From IMG/VR virus record IMGVR_UViG_3300027973_000053, positions 5,329-69,328 of that record: a stretch of 64,000 bases of DNA. One strand, given 5' to 3'. Shown piece by piece: positions 8,899 through 17,879 of the stretch; positions within the stretch are counted from its first letter, which is position 1; each line of letters starts with the position of its first letter. Both the position numbers and the translations under genes were made by a program. Source of the stretch: a virus. The notes below the pieces were generated by a model that saw only the letters and a program-made list of their open reading frames with translations, did not search any database and was not told where the DNA came from.

Positions 8899-10617
8899 CT
8901 AAGACATTGCTTCTTGACAGATTATATCCACACCCACATCTGATGCTGTACCTGATTGGGTGCTTACTGCAATAGTCAAAAAGTCGGGTAAATTACCACG
9001 AATTGTATTATAAAGGGGGAAAAGTTGGGATAAGTCAATATCTTGTAATCCCGAACCACCCGCAGGGGCTGTAAACTTAAATACTACCTCTCCACCATAC
9101 ATAGAAGTTCCGGATACATCTCTTTCGGCAAAGGATGAACCCGCCCCCAATGCTGAAAGTGCCTGAAAGCTAGAGCCTACGACAATAACAGGGCTATTCG
9201 GAACAGATGCAATCAATTCTACTTGACAAATAGCAGAAGTCGAAATCATCAATCTGCGAGGCAAAATTTGACCTCTATTTAACAATCCAATAGTATAAGT
9301 CAATCCCGAAGTTAAGGCGGCAGGAAGTGGTAATCCGGTTGCTACATCTTGAACAGTTAAGGTAGTAGAAGTATTCCCTGTAATTCTTGCGGTAATGGGT
9401 GCGGTAGTTGTTCCTACAACGGTTATAGTTCCGGCATTTGTAAGCAAGGTTACAGTAACTTGTGTTGTTGAAATTACACTTGCTACTGACCAAGTTCCGT
9501 TCCATCCGGCAGGGGTAAAGCCTGAAAGATTAATGATATTACCCGGTGCAAGTGAGTGAGCCGAAGTAAATGTAATTGTTCCTACAAACCCTGCCGTTGA
9601 AGTACCCACTGTAATTGCAGGCATAGGTGCTGATGGCATATAAACAAATCTACCTTTCCATTGGTCGGTAGTCCACGATGCACCCCCTACTACAAGTGTG
9701 GTTGTACTTCCTCCGGTAGATGCAGAATTGGCTTGTGTGAACTCAATAGTACCCGCAACACGATTGCGGATAGTAAGTACCGGATAACGAGTAGTGGCAG
9801 CAGCAACAGTTCTTCGTGGTGTACCTAAAGCCATACCATAAGAGTATGTAAATCCTCTTTGGTCGTCTGCACCACCTTCACAAATAACTGATACTCCATA
9901 GTGAATCATATCATTTTGGGCGGTAGTTACTCCGGTATTTCTTTGTTCATATCTTACAGGTAGGTTTCCTGTTCTTGCCCAAGCTGCGGTATTTCCACTT
10001 CTATTTCCAAAGGCGTATGTATGCAAAAGAATTTGTTTACCATTAATTGTTACTCCGAATCTTACTACTCCTGCACCATACCAAGCATACTCTATCCACA
10101 TCATTTGAATCCTAGTCCAATCTACTAAATCAAGTCTAGTTGCACCATCTCCGTTCCATTGGTCTAAAGTTGTACGAAGTTCCGTAATTGCACCTGTCCC
10201 ACCGCCATCTGAACGAACAACCACACACATACCTGATGGGTTTGCGGCAGTTGTTGTACCATTTTGCTCAAAAAATGCACCATTACTATCATCAAAAAAT
10301 CCTACCCGATTCACTTGGTTCGCAAGGGCAGTACCAAAAGTTACGGCAGCAGCCATAAACATTGATTTGCCCGGTTGATAACGCTGATAAGGTCTTGATT
10401 GACGGATTGTAATATCTCCCGAAGCAGTAGTTAAACGCATACGCACACCACCGATACTGGGCAAATGTGTTATAGTTCCACCACCTGTTGTAAATGATTC
10501 CCAACGCAAGGGTTGAGCACCATATTCAAAATCCGCATCATAGATATTTTGGTGTCTTGTTGTTTTTAATCTACCAAAGACATCTGTATTTTCAACTAAT
10601 AAGACTGTATCGGACAT
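8899..10617 (-). CDS. virion structural / fibre-like protein
   Basis: Gly/Thr-rich, DVFGRL and YQPGKS motifs, inserted beta domain (HSLAPG...WNGTW). Confidence 0.7.
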   Translation of the reverse strand: MSDTVLLVENTDVFGRLKTTRHQNIYDADFEYGAQPLRWESFTTGGGTITHLPSIGGVRMRLTTASGDITIRQSRPYQRYQPGKSMFMAAAVTFGTALANQVNRVGFFDDSNGAFFEQNGTTTAANPSGMCVVVRSDGGGTGAITELRTTLDQWNGDGATRLDLVDWTRIQMMWIEYAWYGAGVVRFGVTINGKQILLHTYAFGNRSGNTAAWARTGNLPVRYEQRNTGVTTAQNDMIHYGVSVICEGGADDQRGFTYSYGMALGTPRRTVAAATTRYPVLTIRNRVAGTIEFTQANSASTGGSTTTLVVGGASWTTDQWKGRFVYMPSAPMPAITVGTSTAGFVGTITFTSAHSLAPGNIINLSGFTPAGWNGTWSVASVISTTQVTVTLLTNAGTITVVGTTTAPITARITGNTSTTLTVQDVATGLPLPAALTSGLTYTIGLLNRGQILPRRLMISTSAICQVELIASVPNSPVIVVGSSFQALSALGAGSSFAERDVSGTSMYGGEVVFKFTAPAGGSGLQDIDLSQLFPLYNTIRGNLPDFLTIAVSTQSGTASDVGVDIICQEAMS

Positions 10618-10627
10618 AGTTTTGTTT

Positions 10628-10990
10628 TTATTTTTTAAATAATGTTTTTACAAGTTCCCATATAATAGCTATAAAAACACCCATTCCAAGTGAAATACCA
10701 ACTAATTTGTTTTTATAACTTTTTAAATCTTCTACTTCTTTTTTTATTGTTGCTGGGTCTGTTTTTTTTATTTCGCTAATATCTGATTCAATCGCACTTA
10801 TATCTTCTTTAATTTTTTTTAGTTCTTGCAATATCCCCTCTTGCCCAAACTCTTTATCTCCTATTACTACATCGTGAAGTTTTGATACCTTTTTTTCCAT
10901 TGTATGTATGATGCCGACAATATCAGACCAACTAGCTAGAAAATCTCTGTTTTCATTCAGTAAATCTTTTATGTTTGTTGTGGGGGGCAT
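10628..10990 (-). CDS. coiled-coil protein with C-terminal TM helix (lysis cassette)
   Basis: Heptad pattern plus LVGISLGMGVFIAIIW; next to endolysin. Confidence 0.7.
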   Translation of the reverse strand: MPPTTNIKDLLNENRDFLASWSDIVGIIHTMEKKVSKLHDVVIGDKEFGQEGILQELKKIKEDISAIESDISEIKKTDPATIKKEVEDLKSYKNKLVGISLGMGVFIAIIWELVKTLFKK

Positions 10991-11529
10991 TACAATACTA
11001 TTTTTTCGTATTTTTCAATAATGTTTGCTACACCACTTGCCAACGAAAAAAAGTTTTGGTCGTAGTTGCTCATATCTTCTGCATTATCTATAAAGCAAAT
11101 TTCCAAAAGGCAAACAGTTCCTTGTTCACGCATTAATCCAAGCCTACCTCTATGACTTTCTGATTCTGATTTCACTCCCCTATTTGTTACACCAAGTATT
11201 TCAGATGTTAAGGCAGATAGTTCTTGTGCAAACATTTTATCCAATCGGTCTGCATCATTACCTACAAGTGCAGTAGTACCGGAAGCTGTTTTATTAAATG
11301 CGTCAAAGTGAAATTCTATTACTACTGAACCTTCGCCTGTTTCTATTCTTTTTAGGTATTGGGCTAAACTTTCTTCATCATTATCGGTGATTACCTTTAG
11401 CCCCTTTTGCTGGCAATATTTTACTACTGCATCCCTAAACTTGATTGTTTCGGCTGCTTCTGTTCTGTTATTTACACCCGAAGCACCGGGGTCGTGATTA
11501 TTGTGTCCTGCGGAAATAAAACAAGCCAT
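10990..11529 (-). CDS. endolysin, N-acetylmuramoyl-L-alanine amidase (Amidase_3)
   Basis: ISAGH, TEA, EFHFD and LLEICFIDN zinc/catalytic motifs. Confidence 0.93.
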   Translation of the reverse strand: MACFISAGHNNHDPGASGVNNRTEAAETIKFRDAVVKYCQQKGLKVITDNDEESLAQYLKRIETGEGSVVIEFHFDAFNKTASGTTALVGNDADRLDKMFAQELSALTSEILGVTNRGVKSESESHRGRLGLMREQGTVCLLEICFIDNAEDMSNYDQNFFSLASGVANIIEKYEKIVL

Positions 11530-11768
11530 TATTGTTGATTTTCGGGTGGATTCTTAGCGGTTAATTGAGAAGTAAGCCCTACTGCTGCACAAAAAGCTAT
11601 GGTGTATTTACAAATAGACAAAGCCCAATTGTCAAGATTAAGGCTTAGTGATGTATTAGCTAACCAAACGGCAGTTGCAGAAGAACCGATAGTTATTGCA
11701 AGTCTTTTTACTTTAGAAAAGAAAGGGGGAATTTCAGCTTTCCATCTTTTAACAAATAAAGAATTCAT
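11529..11768 (-). CDS. putative holin
   Basis: 79 aa, two hydrophobic segments, directly upstream of endolysin. Confidence 0.75.
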   Translation of the reverse strand: MNSLFVKRWKAEIPPFFSKVKRLAITIGSSATAVWLANTSLSLNLDNWALSICKYTIAFCAAVGLTSQLTAKNPPENQQ

Positions 11769-11816
11769 GTGCTATTATTTTTGTAAATATATAGCACAAT
11801 AAAATAAATAATAAAA

Positions 11817-12257
11817 TTAAAGTTTTGTTATTACAAAAATTGATAAAATGAGCAAAAATGCTTGCGAAGCCCTTGACCTAAATTTAACTTTGGCAAATTC
11901 CTTATCTTTTTTTCTTGCATATTCTTCGCAGTTTTGTAGGGATATCCGGTAATTATTGATTGAACCTAAGTACCCTTGTGCGATTTGCTTATTTAACAAA
12001 GAATCTTTTTTGTAGCTATTTATCTTCTTTTGCAGTAGGGAAGTGTCTTGCTTTAAATATTCGTTTTCCTTTTGAACTATATCAAGTTTCAGCAAATCTT
12101 TTACGATAAATACTGCGGTTTCTTTTGTTGTTACTACCAATGAATCATTTTTCTTTACGATTAGCGTATCTTTCTGCCCAATACCTTTGAATTGAATCAA
12201 TAGACAAAGAATTAGCAAGGCTATCTTTGATAAGGTAAATTTGATAATCTGTTTCAT
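11817..12257 (-). CDS. spanin-like exported coiled-coil protein
   Basis: Signal peptide, coiled coil, C-terminal TM; overlaps upstream gene. Confidence 0.55.
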   Translation of the reverse strand: MKQIIKFTLSKIALLILCLLIQFKGIGQKDTLIVKKNDSLVVTTKETAVFIVKDLLKLDIVQKENEYLKQDTSLLQKKINSYKKDSLLNKQIAQGYLGSINNYRISLQNCEEYARKKDKEFAKVKFRSRASQAFLLILSIFVITKL

Positions 12258-12471
12258 ATTTAATTTTTATTTTGTTTCTTAATTTTTGTATTGAATCTCT
12301 TTCGTTGTTGCTTACTTGTAGTAATACTTCCAAAGCTGCAACCTTACTTTTATATGAATCCAAAGAATCTTTGTTTGCAGGAAGATATTTAGTTTTTTCG
12401 GGTGAACCAACTAATACCTTAATAAGCAAAAAAGCTATAATACCTAAGTATAAAAAGTCTTTTAGTTTCAT
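12145..12471 (-). CDS. i-spanin-like membrane protein
   Basis: N-terminal TM plus coiled coil, beside lysis genes. Confidence 0.55.
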   Translation of the reverse strand: MKLKDFLYLGIIAFLLIKVLVGSPEKTKYLPANKDSLDSYKSKVAALEVLLQVSNNERDSIQKLRNKIKIKYETDYQIYLIKDSLANSLSIDSIQRYWAERYANRKEK

Positions 12472-12665
12472 TGTTTTGATTTTTCAAATGAAATGCTCCA
12501 ATTTGCAATTTGTATTCTTTTCGTAAAACCATTTCTTTCGCTAAATGTTAAATCATGTACAGATACATTTTTAAAAAATAAGATTATATTAAATAACCTT
12601 ATCCAACCACACCCTTGAAAATAAAAAAATGTGATACAACCAATACTTTTAAAATAATATTTCAT
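12468..12665 (-). CDS. hypothetical protein
   Basis: 65-aa ORF coupled by ATGA overlap. Confidence 0.55.
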   Translation of the reverse strand: MKYYFKSIGCITFFYFQGCGWIRLFNIILFFKNVSVHDLTFSERNGFTKRIQIANWSISFEKSKQ

Positions 12666-12804
12666 CTTGCATATTTTATCAGTAAGTTAATATACTGCTG
12701 CGGAGGAAATTTCGCTTTCTTCTTTACTTTTTTTTCTTGTTCCCTTTTTAAATGCTTTGCTAATAAAAAATTAATTTGCGTTTTCATAAAATATAATGTG
12801 ATAA

Positions 12805-13059
12805 TTAATAAGGAATTACAGATACATAAATTATATCACCTTTTTTAAATCTAGCTTTTATAAGGTCATAACCGTAAGGTATTTTGGCAGTTATATATCC
12901 ATGATTACTTTCTGATGTAAATGCAATCCCATCAATAACAAATTCAGTTCCTGCTATTTTAAAATTATTAAAAATATCAATAATTTCTTGTAGTGCTTGC
13001 CCCTTGCTTATTTTATGATTGCAAAGGCTGTCAATTATTTCTTCAAATTTTTGTGCCAT
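12805..13059 (-). CDS. hypothetical protein
   Basis: 84-aa ATG ORF. Confidence 0.65.
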   Translation of the reverse strand: MAQKFEEIIDSLCNHKISKGQALQEIIDIFNNFKIAGTEFVIDGIAFTSESNHGYITAKIPYGYDLIKARFKKGDIIYVSVIPY

Positions 13060-13117
13060 AACTATATTTTATCTTTCAAAGTTACTTAAAGTAATTATAT
13101 TTACAAAAAATATTTTT

Positions 13118-13357
13118 ATGTCAGCAAAAAGACCACCAATAAACTATCAAAAGAAGTACAACATGACAGCATCTGAATACCTTAAAATAAAGGAAATTCG
13201 CAACAATGCAACAGGAATGATAAAGGATGGTAAGATGTGGGTATTATGGGAAGGTGAGTGGATATTAGAAAGTGAGTTTAAGGAAATGTTTCCTATACCT
13301 CAAATGCTTTATATGGCAAAAGAAAACCCCGATAAAAGAAAAGACTACCTTAAATAG
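13118..13357 (+). CDS. hypothetical protein (isolated + strand gene)
   Basis: ATG at 13118 downstream of TATATTTAC; ends in hairpin. Confidence 0.7.
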   Translation: MSAKRPPINYQKKYNMTASEYLKIKEIRNNATGMIKDGKMWVLWEGEWILESEFKEMFPIPQMLYMAKENPDKRKDYLK

Positions 13358-13368
13358 TAGTCTTTCTT
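13336..13368. terminator. bidirectional terminator hairpin
   Basis: AAGAAAAGACTAC-loop-GTAGTCTTTCTT between convergent genes. Confidence 0.6.
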
Positions 13369-13387
13369 TGGGATAGGGGGGCAGAAA

Positions 13388-13717
13388 TTACTTGTACAAA
13401 ATATCAAATAGGATAGGATAGGTTTCCTTTGTTTTAATCTCTCCCACTTTTTCTGCAAGGTCTAGGGGGAAATTTTTTATCAAATCTTCGATGTTGTAAT
13501 CGGTGTTCATTAGTTCTTCTGTTTCTTCTTCGGGGGCAGGCAGAATTTCGGTTAATTGCTTTGCAAACTTGTTTAAGAAGTATTTGCTTTTCAAATCAAG
13601 TTCTTGTTTTAAGATACCTTGTGTAATAACTGTTGTTTCGTTTGTTTGGGTATTAGATACCATCATTCCAAATAGTTCAAAAGATAGTTCCTTTAATTGG
13701 CTAAATTTTAGTGTCAT
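13388..13717 (-). CDS. hypothetical protein
   Basis: 109 aa; TACCTTTG promoter-like element upstream. Confidence 0.75.
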   Translation of the reverse strand: MTLKFSQLKELSFELFGMMVSNTQTNETTVITQGILKQELDLKSKYFLNKFAKQLTEILPAPEEETEELMNTDYNIEDLIKNFPLDLAEKVGEIKTKETYPILFDILYK

Positions 13718-13744
13718 ATTTTAGGTTTTGTCAAAGGTAGGTAA

Positions 13745-14038
13745 TTATTTTAATTTTTCGGTTTCTTGAATTAATGTTAATCCAAGTTGTTTTGCCGCCC
13801 AATCCCAAGCATCTTGATTGGTTTGCCAATTTTCATAATCCTTTCCTGTTATTGTTAAATTACCATCTACTAATTTTTCCCCTTGAATATTTTCCCCTTC
13901 TTTATTTGTAGTTTCTGCAAATAAAACATAATAGAACATTGCAGAATCTTTAAAGTTATCTGTTCCTGACAAAGTCATATACTTTGCTGGTTTTTTTACT
14001 CCATTTATCCAAATGTTTTCCGGTTGTATTTTTTTCAT
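13745..14038 (-). CDS. tail fibre-associated protein / chaperone
   Basis: Directly follows fibre gene; ATG at 14038. Confidence 0.6.
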   Translation of the reverse strand: MKKIQPENIWINGVKKPAKYMTLSGTDNFKDSAMFYYVLFAETTNKEGENIQGEKLVDGNLTITGKDYENWQTNQDAWDWAAKQLGLTLIQETEKLK

Positions 14039-14049
14039 TTTTTTTGTTT

Positions 14050-16278
14050 TTAGAAAGTGGTTATTAATGCTCTTTTCCAAGTATTTGTTGCAGTACAAAT
14101 ATATATTGCACTAGCGTCTATTCTTATTTCTCCTAGTGTACCTGTTGATGTAGCAAGTGCAGGGGCAGTATTTAATGCTGATAGTTTGTATTGGGTGGAT
14201 ATTGTAGAACCACTTACCTGTAAATTATCAGTTGAATTATCAGTAGTAGTATTTATCATTACCCTACCACGAAGGAAAGTCTTTGTGATAGATGAGTTAC
14301 CGAGTGTTACGGTGTTGCTTCCTTGACCTATTGCAGTATGACCAAATACCATTTCATTTGTATTACCTGCTACGCTTGCTCGTGTATCTTCACCAATAAA
14401 TATAGACTGATTAGATGTTTGGTTGGCAGTACCGGCGCTTATTCTTCTTCCGGCATCTAATCCGAAAGCAATGTTTGATGCACCTGTGGTGTTTTCGTAT
14501 AATACTTGACTACCGACACCTACGTTCTTGCTTCCTGTTGTAAATTGCATGGCAAATGCACCTATGCCAAAATTATCAGTTGCAGAAACTACGGAATTCA
14601 ATGCGTTTGTACCTATACCTACATTTCGTTGTCCCGAAGTATTATTTTCTAATGCGGTAAAACCAAGTGCTACGTTACTATATCCTGTATTAATAAATTT
14701 TAATGCTCGAGAACCAAGTGCGACATTATAATAACCAGACGTATTATTTAGCATTGCATCTACACCAATTGCAGTATTTTCTTCACCTGATGTACTACTT
14801 AATCCACCTCCTCCAATCCATATATTTCTACCTGCTCCTGTGTTATAATACGATGATATAGTAACTGTTTGCCCTGATGTATTAAATTTAAAAGTAGATG
14901 CTATTGCACTACCACTCACCTGCAATTTATCTACTCCATTGTCGGTGGTGTTTATCATTAATGCAGCAGAGCCAGCCCCATTAATTACATATCCTTTATC
15001 ATATATATAAGTACTACCTACACCTCCCCCTGCATTAATAGCCCAACAATTTACAAATGTTGCAGAGTTGTTTCTGTGTTGAAAAACCATTGCTCCGGTT
15101 GGGTTATCACCTAATAGTCTACCCGCCCAACCATTACTTGTATTATTTGCTAAAATTGTTAAATAAGCACTTGCAGTTCCACTACCAATAGCTAAATTTT
15201 GACCAGAATTATCCCAAGTAAGGTTTGCACTTGCTCCAAATGCTCCACTACTATTGTATTGTATTTGTGTATTAGAGCCTGCCGGACTTCCTCCGCCACC
15301 CGAAGGTGCTGCCCAAGTTCCATCTGCTCTCAAAAAATTAGTTGTTCCCCCTCCACTTGCAGGTGCAAGTCCTTTTAATGCTGAAGTAAAGTTATCTAAA
15401 AGTGTTGTGGCTTGTGTACCTGTTAAATCCTCTACATTTCCTGTTCCTGCCGTTACCCTACCTCTTATTCTTGCGGTTGCTATTTGAGCAAGCATTGCAT
15501 TTGTTACTTTATTTGTTCCTATCGCAGTTGTAATAGCAGTTGTACCTGTACCACTTATATCTCCCGATAATGTTATGGATTGGTTGGCAGTAAGGTAGGT
15601 ATTTGTATCAAGGGTAAAAGTGTTTGCCCCTGTCATTTTTACAAAGGAAGCAGAAGCATAAGTAAGTCCTGCAAGTGATGATAAACTCCCCGATGCCGCT
15701 TGCGCCCCTATTGTATTATATGAAATGATTTGTGCTGCACCTCCATTAAATGATGTTCCCGATGCCGCACCCGAACCACTATTATTAAAGGTTATTGAAT
15801 TGGCGGTTACTCCACCACTACCATTTGTTACAATAGCAAATAATAACTTATGATTATTAGTAAACGCTGCTCCTGCTGATTGAGTTAAAGTAACAGGTAT
15901 AGTCCAATAAGATGAAGCTATTTGCGTAGGTGTTCCTGTAACAGTCCATATTTGAAATCTTTCTGAAACATCTCTATCTTGAACTATTAATTTATTACCA
16001 ACTGCTATTGCTGATAAATATAAATCAATATCTTGTATAGGAGTATCGGTTAAGTGGCTTATATTTAATTGTGTTGCACTTGTTTGTGTAGCATTATTCC
16101 ATATTAAATATCCACTTCCCGGGTCGCCCGAAGTAATAGTTGTTTTTGCTTGATAGAAAAATGAAACAGTTGTACCTCCTGTATTTGTTGTTGCATATAC
16201 AAGTCCATTTACTGCAATAAGATAACCATTTAGGCTTCTTATTTGTACATCTCCCGTGAATAAACCCTGTACTGCCAT
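14050..16278 (-). CDS. tail fibre protein
   Basis: Gly/Thr/Asn-rich; NxAxGxxALxxNTxG repeats; FLRADGTW motif; duplicated MINTT..LQVSGS segment. Confidence 0.85.
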   Translation of the reverse strand: MAVQGLFTGDVQIRSLNGYLIAVNGLVYATTNTGGTTVSFFYQAKTTITSGDPGSGYLIWNNATQTSATQLNISHLTDTPIQDIDLYLSAIAVGNKLIVQDRDVSERFQIWTVTGTPTQIASSYWTIPVTLTQSAGAAFTNNHKLLFAIVTNGSGGVTANSITFNNSGSGAASGTSFNGGAAQIISYNTIGAQAASGSLSSLAGLTYASASFVKMTGANTFTLDTNTYLTANQSITLSGDISGTGTTAITTAIGTNKVTNAMLAQIATARIRGRVTAGTGNVEDLTGTQATTLLDNFTSALKGLAPASGGGTTNFLRADGTWAAPSGGGGSPAGSNTQIQYNSSGAFGASANLTWDNSGQNLAIGSGTASAYLTILANNTSNGWAGRLLGDNPTGAMVFQHRNNSATFVNCWAINAGGGVGSTYIYDKGYVINGAGSAALMINTTDNGVDKLQVSGSAIASTFKFNTSGQTVTISSYYNTGAGRNIWIGGGGLSSTSGEENTAIGVDAMLNNTSGYYNVALGSRALKFINTGYSNVALGFTALENNTSGQRNVGIGTNALNSVVSATDNFGIGAFAMQFTTGSKNVGVGSQVLYENTTGASNIAFGLDAGRRISAGTANQTSNQSIFIGEDTRASVAGNTNEMVFGHTAIGQGSNTVTLGNSSITKTFLRGRVMINTTTDNSTDNLQVSGSTISTQYKLSALNTAPALATSTGTLGEIRIDASAIYICTATNTWKRALITTF

Positions 16279-16283
16279 TTTTT

Positions 16284-16790
16284 TTATTTAACTAATATTC
16301 TAACAAATTCATCCGTAACAAAAGCTACTGCAACAGTAAGTGTTCCTGTTGTACTATCCCATACTACTTGATTTCCTGTTGGTGTACCCGAAGTAAGTAT
16401 AGCACCCACATCAATACCACCCCTACTTGCATATAATAATGTTGAATTAACTGCATCAGTAAATTGTATTGAATAGGTTGCCGCAGTAGCAAATTTAGAA
16501 AACTCTCTTACCCCATAATTACCACCACCGGGTATTACATTTCCACCAACTCCACCTACTTGCAATATGTTATTAGCTACTTGTACGTTTTGTCCGCACA
16601 TAGCATAAACATAATTAATCATTCCGTTTGTTGCATTTGCACTTGCGTATTCAAGTGCTTTTCTTTCCATATACAATTGCCTTGCCTTGTATGGGTCAAT
16701 ATTGCCACCAAAAAAGCTACCCTTTGAAATGGTTTCATTCCAAAGAAACTGGCTTATTTTAGCTATTTGTATGACTGTTGCTGCATCCAT
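16284..16790 (-). CDS. putative tail-associated structural protein
   Basis: Position upstream of fibre, composition. Confidence 0.65.
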   Translation of the reverse strand: MDAATVIQIAKISQFLWNETISKGSFFGGNIDPYKARQLYMERKALEYASANATNGMINYVYAMCGQNVQVANNILQVGGVGGNVIPGGGNYGVREFSKFATAATYSIQFTDAVNSTLLYASRGGIDVGAILTSGTPTGNQVVWDSTTGTLTVAVAFVTDEFVRILVK

Positions 16791-17326
16791 TAAAAGAAGT
16801 AGTTTGAGTTGTTTACAAAGTAAGTAGCCCTATTAAGTGCCGATTGTGCTGTGTAAATATCCGAAGCAAATTGTACTGCTTGTTGTGCTGAATCAAGTTC
16901 TACTCTTAATTTCATTTTGTTTTCGTACCAATCCGTGCTTGCGGCAAGGGATTGATTTGCTACTTGTTGTTGAGATAGTCCATAGTAAAATGATTCACAA
17001 TAAGCCGAAAACACAAAAGAAGTAACCTTACTTGCTACCACATTATTGCTTACATCAAGCCATTGTACTGTTATTGATAAGGCAGTATCTTGTGTTAAAA
17101 CATTTAAGTCAACTGTTAATGGTTGCCGGGTAGTTGTATTTGTAATAGCCCAATCAATATAGCTTGTGGTTGTTCCTGTTGGCACTAAATAAGTTCCATC
17201 TGCTTTAAGCAAGTATATTCTTCTTTTGGTAATAGTAGTATCTGTACCTGTGGAAGTATCTGTTAAAGTAAATGTACTTGGTGTACCGCTACTTTGGGTT
17301 GCTGTAAAGGATTGAGTAATCGGCAT
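16790..17326 (-). CDS. putative tail-associated structural protein
   Basis: Thr-rich beta N-half, helical C-half; own promoter. Confidence 0.65.
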   Translation of the reverse strand: MPITQSFTATQSSGTPSTFTLTDTSTGTDTTITKRRIYLLKADGTYLVPTGTTTSYIDWAITNTTTRQPLTVDLNVLTQDTALSITVQWLDVSNNVVASKVTSFVFSAYCESFYYGLSQQQVANQSLAASTDWYENKMKLRVELDSAQQAVQFASDIYTAQSALNRATYFVNNSNYFF

Positions 17327-17341
17327 CTGTCATATTTTGTC

Positions 17342-17349
17342 CAAATATA
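17342..17349 (-). promoter_or_regulatory. -7 promoter element TATATTTG
   Basis: 15 nt upstream of ATG 17326. Confidence 0.7.
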
Positions 17350-17372
17350 CTATTGGAATTATTTAATAAATT

Positions 17373-17861
17373 TTAATTTTCAAAGGTTTCCTTGTCAAAT
17401 ACTAGCAAAGCTGCCTTATCAGTTCCACATTGATTTAATGTAGCAAGGTAGTCAAATGCTTCACCTATGCTTTTTGTTTGTATTTCAACATATTGGATTA
17501 GTCTTTGGTGGATGGAAGCATCCTTTGTTGACATATACCAATCGTTATAAAACTCCCCTAAGTCCTTTTCCATTTCAAAGTATAGTTCAAAGGCTTCAAG
17601 TAGGGTGGTTAGAGATTCTGTACTACCTTTTACGGAAGGAACATCTAAAACACTACCCCTATCATTCACAAAATCAGCCCATAATTGGTAGTGTATAAGT
17701 TCGTCTGAACTTTCACCTAGAAAGAACTTTTGGCTACCAAAATACCCTATTGATTGCATTTGGTTGGCAATATGTTTATATAGGTTGCTTGCGGTTAGTT
17801 CCCTTTGTGCTGCATCCTCAATTTTATTTAATTCTTGTTTGGATAGTAGGCTATTTTTCAT
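17373..17861 (-). CDS. ferritin (non-haem FtnA-like)
   Basis: ELTASNLY, GYFGSQKFF..ESSDELIH four-helix pattern, 162 aa. Confidence 0.85.
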   Translation of the reverse strand: MKNSLLSKQELNKIEDAAQRELTASNLYKHIANQMQSIGYFGSQKFFLGESSDELIHYQLWADFVNDRGSVLDVPSVKGSTESLTTLLEAFELYFEMEKDLGEFYNDWYMSTKDASIHQRLIQYVEIQTKSIGEAFDYLATLNQCGTDKAALLVFDKETFEN

Positions 17862-17879
17862 TTTTATGTTTTTACAAAT

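Noticed and set aside
14050-16278. Diversity-generating retroelement acting on the fibre
   Set aside because: No reverse transcriptase and no template/variable repeat pair seen
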